A stretch of 64,000 bases of DNA from Myxococcota bacterium. Lineage in GTDB: Bacteria; Myxococcota_C; UBA6777. The notes beneath the pieces were generated by a model. The model searched no databases, was not told the origin of the DNA, and saw only the letters and a list, made by a program, of their open reading frames with translations. Position 1 is the first letter of the stretch; the number at the start of each line of letters is the position of its first letter. Shown one piece after another: positions 1 to 9,530 of this stretch. The stretch is taken from contig JAKLKB010000013.1 of assembly GCA_023150835.1 (NCBI GenBank), positions 1 to 64,000 on the forward strand, written 5' to 3'. Position numbers and translations under genes: made by a program.

Positions 1-399
1 GAAGTTCTGTTCTGTTTGTTCGGAAAGAACAGTAGCAAGTGAAGTTCGGAAAATTAGAGGGTTGGAAGTTCTGTTCTATTTGTTCGATGAGATGACGTAG
101 AGAGACCGCCCCGAATCCTCCAATGATGTGCGGCGCCAACAATTCATTAAGCAGATAAAAAGCTGTCGGCTGTTATGCAGATGAGAAGATGAAGCGTTCA
201 CAAAAAAGCGCAAACAAAACGCTACTATCAACGAAGGAGTGTTCCACTTCGATGCTCTGTGGAGAAGAGGTGCGTCGGGCTTTTATTTTTGTTCTTCATA
301 CGTCCGAATCAAAATCGAACGGATGTTGGGCAAGAAGGCATCCAGAAAAGCAAAAGCATTTGGACGCATACGCGCACCGAAGCGACCCGTAGCCAAAAT

Positions 400-515
400 C
401 CCGTGTTCGTGCGAGTCCAAGCGACACAGCCGTTGGTTTGGAAAACGCCTGTTTGTCCCGCCGATACGGGGTCAAGGGGGCAAAGACCCCTTGCGGGGCG
501 TGGGGTGGAACCCCA
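400..515 (+). repeat. Dispersed structured repeat (MITE/REP-like), copy 1
   Basis: cccgtgttcg...caagcgac...gttggtttg...acggggtcaagggg...ccccttg..ggggcgtggggtggaacccca; matches copies at 3288, 21958 and 34222. Confidence 0.8.
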
Positions 516-563
516 AAAACAACCCCCCCCACAAAAACCACCCCCACAAAAACGGAGTGGAGA

Positions 564-3227
564 TTAGGGGGCGGACTTCACAAGGAAGAGGTTGTTGGCG
601 TTGTTTTTGGATTGGAGGGTGGTTTTGTCGAAGGTGACGTTGCCGGAGAATGAGCCTGTGAGGTAGAGGTTGCCGACGGTATCGACGACCACGCGCTGCG
701 CCTCGATCGATTGGCTGGATTGGATCATGCGCAGCCATGTGACGCCGCCTGTGACATCAAAGCGCGCCCACCACATGGCGTCTTTGTCTGTCGGCCCGCT
801 CAGGCGTAGGCTTCCGACTTGCAGTTCGCCGCGAAACACCCCCACCGCCACCATCCCGCCCTGTACGGGGTTTGTGCCGAACAAACGCGAGGAGCCTTTT
901 CCTCCAAAGATCGCGGTCCATTGGGCGATGCCTTTGTTGTCCACGAGCAAGACGGCTGCGTGCTCTCCGCTTTGTTGGAAGGTGGTTTGGACGTTGACTT
1001 TGAGATCGTCCACAAACGACAAACCAAGGTACACAGATCCCAAACCTGTACTTAAAGAAGCTAGAGCATCGGGCTTTTCGCCACCAAAGACTTTAGCCCA
1101 CAAAAACCCGCCTGCTGCGCTTAGCTGCGCAACAAAGACATCACGGCCTTGTGCGCCTCCATAAGAATTGAGGTTGAATCCCTCGCTAAATCGGGCGACA
1201 TTGACGAATTCTCCTGTCAAGTACAGTTTGCTATCTTGATCCAAAGCCAACAAAGCGCCCGCTGCATCGCTGTCTCCGCTGACCGTGTTGATCCAATCGA
1301 TCTGACCTTGGCCAAAAAACCGCGCCACCCAGATATCTTCGCTGTTTTTGCCCGAGTTGAGCGTGCGGCCTCCAAGATCGGTTTGCCCTTGAAATACGCC
1401 CGCCACAAACAGCCCTGCCTTTTTGTCCCACACCACCGAAGTGGCTTCTTCGCGTTGCGCCGCACCGAGTGATTGGGCCCAATTCAGCTTGCCGCGATCA
1501 TTGAGGGAGACCAACAAGACATCTTTGTCGCCGCGTGCGGTCAAACGGGTTTGATCGATTTGGGTCTGTCCCGTAAACCAACCAACCAGATAGAGATTTC
1601 CGACGTCATCGATGGCCAAACTCCGCAACACGGTATCGCCGCCGCCTTGGGCCTTTGCCAACCCAAGCACGTTGATCCATTGCAGCGTGCCGTCTGTGGT
1701 GACTTTGATCACCGCCGTAGCGCGGCCTCCTGCGTTGGTTTGGGGGCGGCCCAAGAGTGTGGCCTTTTCTTGGAAGCTGACCAACCAGACCAGTTCGCCG
1801 TTTGAACGCAACTGGAGATCCTCGACGCGCAACGCGTCACCATCCGCCGCAAGCGCCCAACTGCATTGTTCGTCGATCTTGCCGTCGCAATTGTCGTCCA
1901 ACCCGTTGCATATCTCGGGTTGGGGTTTGTAGATCTGTTCGCACAAACGCTGGCCTTTTTCACAACGCAACCGCCCGAGCGCGCACAAGCCTTGGCGGTT
2001 AAAGACTTGGCAGACGTCGCCGCGCTGCGGGTCGTCTTCGTCGGTCAATCCGTTGCAATCGTCATCCACGCCATTGCAGATCTCGGTGGTGGGTTGTACG
2101 GCCTGTTGGCATGTCAAAGCGCCGCCCACACAAGCCCATTTTCCCTCTTGGCATCGGCCTTTTCGATCCGCCAAAAAGCAAGCCGTCCCAACCAACGGGT
2201 CGCTTTCGTCGATGCTTCCGTCGCAGTTGTTGTCAAAAGAATCGCAGCGTTCGGGTTGAGGGGTGACTTCGCCGATACAAGGCCCCCATCGCAAAGCGGT
2301 CTGATCGCAAACTTGGATACCGCGTTTGCAGACACCTTTTCCGATCTTGTCGGGGTCTCCGCCAAAACATTCGCGGCTTTGCCCTGCCGTACAAGAGCAA
2401 GAAGCGATCTCGTCGATCTGTCCGTTGCAATCGTCGTCAAGGCCGTTGCATTGCTCGACTTGGGGAGTGCGTTCGCCCAAACAAGGCCCCCAGACTCCGT
2501 TGGTGCAGATCTCGACGCCTGAGCGACAGATGCCTTTGTCTTTGGTGTCAGCAGGCCCCTGATAACACGGGCGAAAGACATCTTGATCGACCAATCCATC
2601 GCAGTCGTTGTCTTTGTTGTCGCAAACCTCTGCGCTGGCCACACCGGGCTTTGCATCGCATCGCAGATCTTGGCCATTGGCATCGCACACCAAACGTCCC
2701 GTTGCAAGGCAATCTCCACGCCCAACCTGACACAACGCTCCTTTTTGTTGAAAGCCTTCATCCACGTTGCCGTCGCAATCATCGTCGATATCGTTGCAGA
2801 CTTCTTTTTGCGGCAAGACCTCTCCCAAACATTCTCCCCAACGCCCGTTGGTTTCGCAGATCTGAACGCCTGCCTTGCAAGCCGCCACCGCCAACGTCCC
2901 CGATGGCCCTGTATAACATTCGCGCTGGATCCCGGGGCGACAGACTCCTTCGTTCCCCGATTCTTCGGGGATATCCTCGATCTGTTCAGACGAAACCGCA
3001 CGGCACAGATGAAGATCCCCCTCTTGACGACAAAATCCACCGACACAACGACCATTCGTGGGACATTCTGCATCCGCCAAACACCGCACACACGGATGCG
3101 GTGGGAGTCCGCACCTCCACAGCGCACCCACCAACAAGGCCACTGCTCCCACTCCCACCAACAACCTGATCAAAAGAGGTTGCCCGATCTGCCGCATACT
3201 TCGTTCGCTGCCTTGTGTCCGTACCAT
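564..3227 (-). CDS. Cys-rich MopE/putative metal-binding-motif repeat protein with C-terminal beta-propeller (probable lipoprotein)
   Basis: Six ExCxxxDxxCxGxxD motifs alternating with CYxGP..G.C..G...C..WG.C.GE modules; C-terminal beta-rich repeats (DDVGNLYLVGWF, DTVGNLYLTGSF); hydrophobic N-terminus ending at Cys. The start may be 3197. Confidence 0.85.
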   Translation of the reverse strand: MVRTQGSERSMRQIGQPLLIRLLVGVGAVALLVGALWRCGLPPHPCVRCLADAECPTNGRCVGGFCRQEGDLHLCRAVSSEQIEDIPEESGNEGVCRPGIQRECYTGPSGTLAVAACKAGVQICETNGRWGECLGEVLPQKEVCNDIDDDCDGNVDEGFQQKGALCQVGRGDCLATGRLVCDANGQDLRCDAKPGVASAEVCDNKDNDCDGLVDQDVFRPCYQGPADTKDKGICRSGVEICTNGVWGPCLGERTPQVEQCNGLDDDCNGQIDEIASCSCTAGQSRECFGGDPDKIGKGVCKRGIQVCDQTALRWGPCIGEVTPQPERCDSFDNNCDGSIDESDPLVGTACFLADRKGRCQEGKWACVGGALTCQQAVQPTTEICNGVDDDCNGLTDEDDPQRGDVCQVFNRQGLCALGRLRCEKGQRLCEQIYKPQPEICNGLDDNCDGKIDEQCSWALAADGDALRVEDLQLRSNGELVWLVSFQEKATLLGRPQTNAGGRATAVIKVTTDGTLQWINVLGLAKAQGGGDTVLRSLAIDDVGNLYLVGWFTGQTQIDQTRLTARGDKDVLLVSLNDRGKLNWAQSLGAAQREEATSVVWDKKAGLFVAGVFQGQTDLGGRTLNSGKNSEDIWVARFFGQGQIDWINTVSGDSDAAGALLALDQDSKLYLTGEFVNVARFSEGFNLNSYGGAQGRDVFVAQLSAAGGFLWAKVFGGEKPDALASLSTGLGSVYLGLSFVDDLKVNVQTTFQQSGEHAAVLLVDNKGIAQWTAIFGGKGSSRLFGTNPVQGGMVAVGVFRGELQVGSLRLSGPTDKDAMWWARFDVTGGVTWLRMIQSSQSIEAQRVVVDTVGNLYLTGSFSGNVTFDKTTLQSKNNANNLFLVKSAP

Positions 3228-3287
3228 CGACTCACCTTCTTTTGTATTTTTCTCGCAAGGTAGGACCTACGCAGTCGCCAAAAAAAG

Positions 3288-3367
3288 CCGTGTTCGCGCT
3301 GTTTCAAGCGAGAGCGTCGCTGAGTTGAAAAAAACAGTGATCTGTCCGCCCCTTTCGGGGTCAAGGG
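3288..3367 (+). repeat. Dispersed structured repeat, copy 2 (3'-truncated)
   Basis: ccgtgttcgc...ttcaagcga...ttgaaa...cggggtcaaggg; lacks the two terminal hairpins. Confidence 0.7.
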
Positions 3368-3433
3368 AGCCGTGCTAAGGGCGCGGGGCGTGGTACCTCG
3401 CCCCACAACACCAGATCAACTGCGTAAGTCCTT

Positions 3434-6067
3434 TCAGGGTCGCGAGATCTTCCAGACCAAAAGATCTTGCTGTTTTCCGATCATCTGGGCGGTGGCTGCG
3501 CCACATCGGGTTTCTGCACGCATCGAAGCACCCACATAAACATTTCCAGACGTGTCCGCCCACAACGCCGAGGGTTCGAGTGATTCTGCGCTTGGGCTGC
3601 TGGCGCTCGTCAACCAGCGAGCCTGCCCTTTCCCATCAAGGTACGCCACAAACAAACTTTTCGTTCCTTCGGGGTGTAGCGCTTGAACAGATTGCCCATC
3701 CAACGAAAAGCTGCGAGCAAAGCTACCCAACAAAAACCACCGCTGTGTGGCGCTTTGGGCGGCTTGGATCGCCACTTCGGGCTGTGTCGAGAGGATACGC
3801 GCCCAAACGAATTGTCCTTTGGCGTCCATTTGTGCGGCAAACAATGCTTCGGAGGGGCTTTGCAGACCTGCTAAGGGCGGTGTTTGCAGGTTTTGGACAA
3901 AGCGGCCCACCACCAAGATATCGCCAACATCCGAGACCGCAAGGCTTAACGGCGCGACCTCTCCGCCGCCTGTAAGACTTTGCGCCAGCAGCAGCTTTCC
4001 TGTCGTGTCAAACTGCGCGAAAAACGCGGTCCGACGGCCACTGACGCCTTGAAGCTGTGTGCCGTCCTCAAAGGTCAACTTTTCTGTATAAGCCCCCAAG
4101 ACAAACACGCTTCCTCGCAAGGCAGGAGACATCGCCTTGATCTGGACTTCTGCGGAAGTGGAAGCGATCTTTTGCGCCCATCGCAAAACGCCGCTGTGAT
4201 CGAAGTAAGCGATCCAGCCTTGCGCGGTGCCGGGCTGTGGGTTGGACAGCAAGCGGCTGGCGATCTGAAACCCTGTTCCGCGAAAGGTTCCAGCGGTCGC
4301 AACGCCTTGTGCATCGGCATGAACGCCGATCACGGTGTCGTTTTGATCGCTGTCCGCCGAAAGCGCCCAAGTCACCGCACCGCTTGGATTGATCCGCGCT
4401 ACAAAGACCGCTTGTTCTTGCGGTCCCGCAGTCGTGAAACTCTGCGTCCCAAGGCGAAGATCGCCACGGAAATGGCCCACCGCGTACAATCCTCCCATCG
4501 CATCGGCGACCAGCCCGATCCCTTCGCTCGCTTGGTTACTACGCGCTGCGACCACCCAAGAAAAAGCTCCTTGTGAAGCCACCCCCGCAAAAAACGCATT
4601 GCGCGCTCCCGAGGCCAACAACGGCGAAAGCGTACCAAAACGCGCTGTCTGCGCAAACGACCCCGCCAACATGACTTGACGTTGTGCATCGACTTTGACC
4701 GAAGATACGGTATCTTCGCCGTCGCCTCCACCAGAAAGCACCCACACACAGCCAAAATCAATGCTGCCATCGCAATCATCATCCAAGCCGTTGCAGACTT
4801 CGGGCTGTGGTTGGCGCAAAGGAACACAAGTCGCCCGTCCACCCACACACGCTTGTGTACCGTCTCGACACGCACCTTGCTGTTGGCTGACCACGCACGG
4901 CGCGCCCTGCAAAGGGAAACTTTCGTCGATCAGGCCGTTGCAGTCGTTGTCTTGGCCGTCGCAGATCTCTTGCGAAGCACTAAAGCGCGGAACGCACAAC
5001 AGCGCATTACCACGGCAAAGATAAGAACCTTGCGCGCATCGCCCCGTTCGTTGGGGGATTTGGCAGTCTCTGGACTTTTCGGGAAAACTCTCATCGATGT
5101 TTCCATCGCAATTGTTGTCGAGGCCATCGCAGATCTCCAATGCAGGGACGATCCCGTTGAGGCAAGGCCCCCACCGCTTGTCTTGCCCACAACGCTGCAG
5201 CCCTTCACGGCATAATCCCACGCCTTCGGTTCCCTTTGGCCCGCTGTAACAGACTTGTTGCGCCCCCGCCGTACACGGGCAATCTTCGTCGACTTGGCCG
5301 TCGCAATTGTTGTCGCGTTGATCGCAGACTTCTTGCGTGGGCAAGATCTCCCCCACACAAGCGCCCCATACGCCTTTTTCACAGGTCTGTTTGCCATCGC
5401 GGCACAAACCAAATCCCTTGCTTGACGCAGGCCCCGTATAACACGAGCGGATCAGATCTTCGTCCACCTTTCCATCGCAATCATCGTCGATCCCATTGCA
5501 GATCTCGGTCTTCGGTTCGCCCACTGTGGCCGCACAAACAGCACGCTTGCCATCAGATGCACACACCCATGTCCCGCTCGCCTCACAAGCGCCAACTCCC
5601 ACACGACACGGCTTCCCCAGATCCGAAAAGCCTTGATCGACGACCCCATCACAATCATTGTCCCGCCCGTCGCAGCGTTCTTGTTCGGGCAACACTTCGC
5701 CCAAGCATCCCCCCCACACGCCATCCCGCGAACAATAACGCAAACCGCTCTTGCATACGCCTTTTCCGTCCGTACCTCGCGGCCCCGAATAACAGGACTC
5801 GCTTTGCCCGGGCACACACACACGCTCAGGCAGGGACTCTTGAGGCCCCGCGTCGTCCAATGCCCCCTCTGGCAAAGACCCCATACACTGATACAACAAG
5901 TCGTTGGGCTCGCAGTAGCCGTGTACGCAACGCTCGCTCGCTCGACACGCACCGTCCTCCCGACAAGGCGCACACGGCTTGTACGCATCCAGCAAACACC
6001 CTGCCGCCACGCATCCAAACCACACCGCAACCACACAACTCCAACGAATCCATCCTCGCCATACCAT
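3434..6067 (-). CDS. Paralogous Cys-rich MopE-repeat lipoprotein with C-terminal beta-propeller
   Basis: Lipobox-like AAGC; six ExCxxxDxxCxG motifs in the same order as 564..3227; propeller repeats (DAMGGLYAVGHF, DTSGNVYVGASM). Confidence 0.85.
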   Translation of the reverse strand: MVWRGWIRWSCVVAVWFGCVAAGCLLDAYKPCAPCREDGACRASERCVHGYCEPNDLLYQCMGSLPEGALDDAGPQESLPERVCVPGQSESCYSGPRGTDGKGVCKSGLRYCSRDGVWGGCLGEVLPEQERCDGRDNDCDGVVDQGFSDLGKPCRVGVGACEASGTWVCASDGKRAVCAATVGEPKTEICNGIDDDCDGKVDEDLIRSCYTGPASSKGFGLCRDGKQTCEKGVWGACVGEILPTQEVCDQRDNNCDGQVDEDCPCTAGAQQVCYSGPKGTEGVGLCREGLQRCGQDKRWGPCLNGIVPALEICDGLDNNCDGNIDESFPEKSRDCQIPQRTGRCAQGSYLCRGNALLCVPRFSASQEICDGQDNDCNGLIDESFPLQGAPCVVSQQQGACRDGTQACVGGRATCVPLRQPQPEVCNGLDDDCDGSIDFGCVWVLSGGGDGEDTVSSVKVDAQRQVMLAGSFAQTARFGTLSPLLASGARNAFFAGVASQGAFSWVVAARSNQASEGIGLVADAMGGLYAVGHFRGDLRLGTQSFTTAGPQEQAVFVARINPSGAVTWALSADSDQNDTVIGVHADAQGVATAGTFRGTGFQIASRLLSNPQPGTAQGWIAYFDHSGVLRWAQKIASTSAEVQIKAMSPALRGSVFVLGAYTEKLTFEDGTQLQGVSGRRTAFFAQFDTTGKLLLAQSLTGGGEVAPLSLAVSDVGDILVVGRFVQNLQTPPLAGLQSPSEALFAAQMDAKGQFVWARILSTQPEVAIQAAQSATQRWFLLGSFARSFSLDGQSVQALHPEGTKSLFVAYLDGKGQARWLTSASSPSAESLEPSALWADTSGNVYVGASMRAETRCGAATAQMIGKQQDLLVWKISRP

Positions 6068-6204
6068 TGCCGAACCTCAACACACTCCACAACAACCGCG
6101 CTCCAACACAAACCCTGATCAGCACACTCGCATCCGCTCAACACACCTTATACGATATCCGAGTGATGCGTACACAAAGAACAGTACGTAGACGCCCTAT
6201 TATT

Positions 6205-6230
6205 GGGCAGCCACAGGGGGCTGCCCCTAC
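6205..6230 (-). repeat. GTAG-type REP element, single copy
   Basis: gggcagccacagggggctgcccctac is the exact reverse complement of 23531..23556. Confidence 0.75.
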
Positions 6231-6318
6231 CTCTTTACGATCACACAACGGGCGGATTTCGTATCAGCACATTCATCCACCCGTCCGTCTGCGGCTTGAG
6301 AGCACACCCAAGAAGCCC

Positions 6319-7395
6319 TCAACGCACCTTAGCACATCCATCCACAAACCCCACCACACAGATCCGAACTTGATGCTCCGTATGCCCCATGATTCTAGGC
6401 TCAAAGCGCCATGCCACCTCCTCCTCGGGCGGCAAGATCAGATGCCATGACAACATCCCGATCGCTGTTGCCGCTGCCACACCCGTCCCCACATAAAAAC
6501 TAACACTCGATAAGTAAAGCCCTTGCGCTTGATCAAAACTCTCCCGATACCCCGAACCCGCCAACAAACTGCGTGTACCTGCTTCTTCCCAACGGTTGCG
6601 CGCCAAAAGATGCGTCGTGACCGCCGCTGCCCCCAAACCCGCTGTCACCCCCAGCGCGATCCAAAAAGGCGTTAAGCCCGGCCCTTTGGGACGTGGACCC
6701 GTTGGCTTCTTCGGAGCGATCGCCACCTTCTTTTGCGCTTCGCTTGGTGGTTTGGGTTCAAGGCGGATCACATAATCGGATGTCGCACGTGGGCGCAGCT
6801 TAAACGAGACCTCGGCTGTTCTGTACAACGGATGCACCGCACGCAAACGATACGGCCCCGGCACCAACTCTTGAAACTGCGCAGGCGCGTAACCTTCCTC
6901 ACGAAAACGATACCCCGTCAAGATCAGCCGCGCACCCGCCACATTAGAGCGCACCGAAAGTTTGGCAAAACCACAAAACAACAAAAAGTTTTGTTGCTTG
7001 GCTTCGATGTCTTTGCGCGCTTCGAGCGTCAGGCTTTCGCCGCTTTGCTCTAAAAAATCCCGATACGAGCGCATCGCCAACCGCCAATAATAACGCGCCA
7101 ACCGCTTGTCCCCACGCCGCGAAGAAGCAAAACCCGCCCTTTCATAAAAAGACGCCAAACTCCGCAGGTTGTAAGCTGAACGCGCTTCTTTGTACTCTGC
7201 TTCCATACACGAGACCGCCTCGTCGTACTTTTCGCTACGCAATAGCCGCACACATACCGCCTCATCCGCGTACACCGAAGCCCACAGACCTCCCCACGCC
7301 GAAGCCCACAGACCCACCCACCCCCAAACCCACAGACCCACCCACCCCCAAACCCACAGCACCATCCGCATCCACACCACACGATATCGATCCAT
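6319..7395 (-). CDS. Membrane-anchored TPR-like/PEGA domain protein
   Basis: Helical N-domain, PEGA-like segment (LSVRSNVAGA...LVPGPYRLRAVHPLY), two C-terminal hydrophobic segments; a 24-bp tandem repeat encodes WVWGWVGL near the N-terminus. Start moved to ATG 7395 to avoid overlap with the upstream gene. Confidence 0.65.
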   Translation of the reverse strand: MDRYRVVWMRMVLWVWGWVGLWVWGWVGLWASAWGGLWASVYADEAVCVRLLRSEKYDEAVSCMEAEYKEARSAYNLRSLASFYERAGFASSRRGDKRLARYYWRLAMRSYRDFLEQSGESLTLEARKDIEAKQQNFLLFCGFAKLSVRSNVAGARLILTGYRFREEGYAPAQFQELVPGPYRLRAVHPLYRTAEVSFKLRPRATSDYVIRLEPKPPSEAQKKVAIAPKKPTGPRPKGPGLTPFWIALGVTAGLGAAAVTTHLLARNRWEEAGTRSLLAGSGYRESFDQAQGLYLSSVSFYVGTGVAAATAIGMLSWHLILPPEEEVAWRFEPRIMGHTEHQVRICVVGFVDGCAKVR

Positions 7396-7411
7396 CCGCC
7401 TACCCGCCGCA

Positions 7412-8326
7412 CTAGATATCCAAAGGCTTGCCCAAGGCCGCAGGGGGACGAGTCCGCCCCACCCAACCGACAAGCGCCAACAACGTCAGCGCATAAGGTA
7501 GCATGGAAAGAAACTCCGAAGGGATTTTATTGCTAGGCAAGGCTTGAAGCTGAAAGTTCAGGGCATACGCAAAGCCAAACAACAAGCAAGCCGCCAACAC
7601 ACGTCGCGGAAGCCAATTGCCAAAGACCAAAGCCGCCAGAGCGATGTATCCGCGCCCTGCGGTCATGTTCTTGCTAAAGTTCCCTGCACCATGCACCAAC
7701 GCTGCTCCCGCCAAACCCGCCAAAAATCCACTCGCCAACACCGCCACGATCTGCAATTTGTATGGCGATATCCCCGTACTATAGAGCGCTTGCGGATGCT
7801 CCCCACAAGCTCGCAGCCGCAACCCCCACACCGTCCGCCACAACAAGATCTCCAACACCAACCACACACACAACACCAACACAAAAAACCAAGAGATCCG
7901 CAACGACCCCAACGAGATCCCCGCCAACGTATCATCCAAAATCCCCGTACTGCCTTTGGTTCCATACAACCACAACGCCAAAAAGATCGTCATCTCGCTC
8001 GCAAAGATATTTAACGCTACGCCTGAGATGATCTGATCGGCTTTCCCCCACAGGCACAACAGCCCATGCAGCCCCGCCAACATCGCTCCTGCACAACCCG
8101 CCAACAACAGCCCCAACATCGCTCCCCAAACTCCCGAAGGACCGAACAAACCCACCCACGCCGTTGTAAAGGCACCCACCAACATCATCCCTTCGAGCCC
8201 GAGATTGACCACGCCACTGCGTTCCGATAACAAACCGCCCAACGCCGCCAACGCCAACGGCGCAGCCGCCGCCAACGTCACGCCCCACAACGTCACCCAA
8301 GACAACGAAAACAACGCCTCAAACAT
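7412..8326 (-). CDS. ABC transporter permease, nucleoside/simple-sugar (CUT2, BPD_transp_2) family
   Basis: SERSGVVNLGLEGMML, GLRLRACGEHP, MTAGRGYIALAALVFGNW, LPYALTL...PAALGKP. Confidence 0.9.
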   Translation of the reverse strand: MFEALFSLSWVTLWGVTLAAAAPLALAALGGLLSERSGVVNLGLEGMMLVGAFTTAWVGLFGPSGVWGAMLGLLLAGCAGAMLAGLHGLLCLWGKADQIISGVALNIFASEMTIFLALWLYGTKGSTGILDDTLAGISLGSLRISWFFVLVLCVWLVLEILLWRTVWGLRLRACGEHPQALYSTGISPYKLQIVAVLASGFLAGLAGAALVHGAGNFSKNMTAGRGYIALAALVFGNWLPRRVLAACLLFGFAYALNFQLQALPSNKIPSEFLSMLPYALTLLALVGWVGRTRPPAALGKPLDI

Positions 8327-9359
8327 CGCTTCCCCCTGCTTTTCCTTGGAAAAATCGCGTGGACAAAAACAAGATCAGCGTCACTTGGAGCAGTTGGATC
8401 ATCTCACGCGGGATCCCCCGCGTCGTATCCAACACGCTTGCCCCCGTCTCCAAGATCCCAAACAACAACGCCGCAGGCACCACCGCCAACGGATGATTGC
8501 GCGCCAACAACGCCAACGCGATCCCCCAAAACCCCCACCCGGGCGAAAAATCAGGCTCAAAGTACGGATGCTGCGGAGACGCCACATACAACCCACCCGC
8601 CAATCCCGCCAACGCCCCCGATATCACAAAAGCCAAGATCAAACGCCGACCGATCGGGATACCCGAATGCCTCGCAGCTTCGGGCTGAAGCCCCACCACC
8701 CGCACCTCATACCCCAGCCGCGCATCCCGCAAAAAACGCCACAACCCCCACGCCAACACACCCCCCAACAACAACCCTACATCCAACCTCAACCCACCCA
8801 CCGAAAGCGGCGATAACTGCGCTGCCAACGCGATATCCGCCGTTCTCGGAATCGTCGGATCCACCCGAATCTGCGGCTGGCGCACCAACCACGCCCCCGC
8901 CGCAAAGATGATGTAATTCAACATGATCGTGCAGATCACTTCGTGGATCCCAAAGCGTACCTTCAACAACGCCGGGATCATCGCCCATAACGCCCCCGCC
9001 AACGCCGCGATCAACAACAACCACACAAACGAACCCGACCAAACCAGCGAACGCCCCCACAGCGCCGCCAAGATCGCCCCCGCAAACATCTGCCCTTCTG
9101 CGCCGATATTCAACAACCCCGCCCGAAAACCAAACGCCAACGCCAACCCACACAACAAATACGGCGTCGACGCACTCAACGTCGCGCTGATCTGCGCAAC
9201 CCCTCCGAGCGATCCTTGCAACAACAAGCCATACACATACGCAGGCGATTCACCCATGTACAACAGCACCAACCCCCCCAAGATCAGCACCCACAACAAC
9301 GCATGATGCGTCGCCCAAAGCCCTTCCCATCCCGCTTTCCACGCAACACTCCGCTCCAT
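8319..9359 (-). CDS. ABC transporter permease, nucleoside/simple-sugar (CUT2) family, partner subunit
   Basis: FRAGLLNIGAEGQ, HEVICTIMLNY, LGYEVRVVG..PEAARHSGI, GIALALLARNHP; overlaps the next gene by 8 bp. Confidence 0.9.
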   Translation of the reverse strand: MERSVAWKAGWEGLWATHHALLWVLILGGLVLLYMGESPAYVYGLLLQGSLGGVAQISATLSASTPYLLCGLALAFGFRAGLLNIGAEGQMFAGAILAALWGRSLVWSGSFVWLLLIAALAGALWAMIPALLKVRFGIHEVICTIMLNYIIFAAGAWLVRQPQIRVDPTIPRTADIALAAQLSPLSVGGLRLDVGLLLGGVLAWGLWRFLRDARLGYEVRVVGLQPEAARHSGIPIGRRLILAFVISGALAGLAGGLYVASPQHPYFEPDFSPGWGFWGIALALLARNHPLAVVPAALLFGILETGASVLDTTRGIPREMIQLLQVTLILFLSTRFFQGKAGGSDV

Positions 9360-9390
9360 GCGCCCTCCAAACTCTGCCTCAAAATATCCA

Positions 9391-9530
9391 CACTTCGGGC
9401 TGCCTCCGCCTCGATCAGCCCTTCATACTTCGGGCCGCATCCGCCTCGATCAGCCCTTCGCACTTCGATCTGCCTCCGCCTCGATCAACCCTTCATACTT
9501 CGGGCCGCCTCCGCCTCGATCAGCCCTTCA
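9391..9530. repeat. 4 x 35-bp tandem repeat overlapping the stop codon of the MalG-like gene
   Basis: Units start at 9391, 9426, 9461 and 9496; consensus (c/t)acttcgggccgcctccgcctcgatcagcccttca. Confidence 0.9.
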
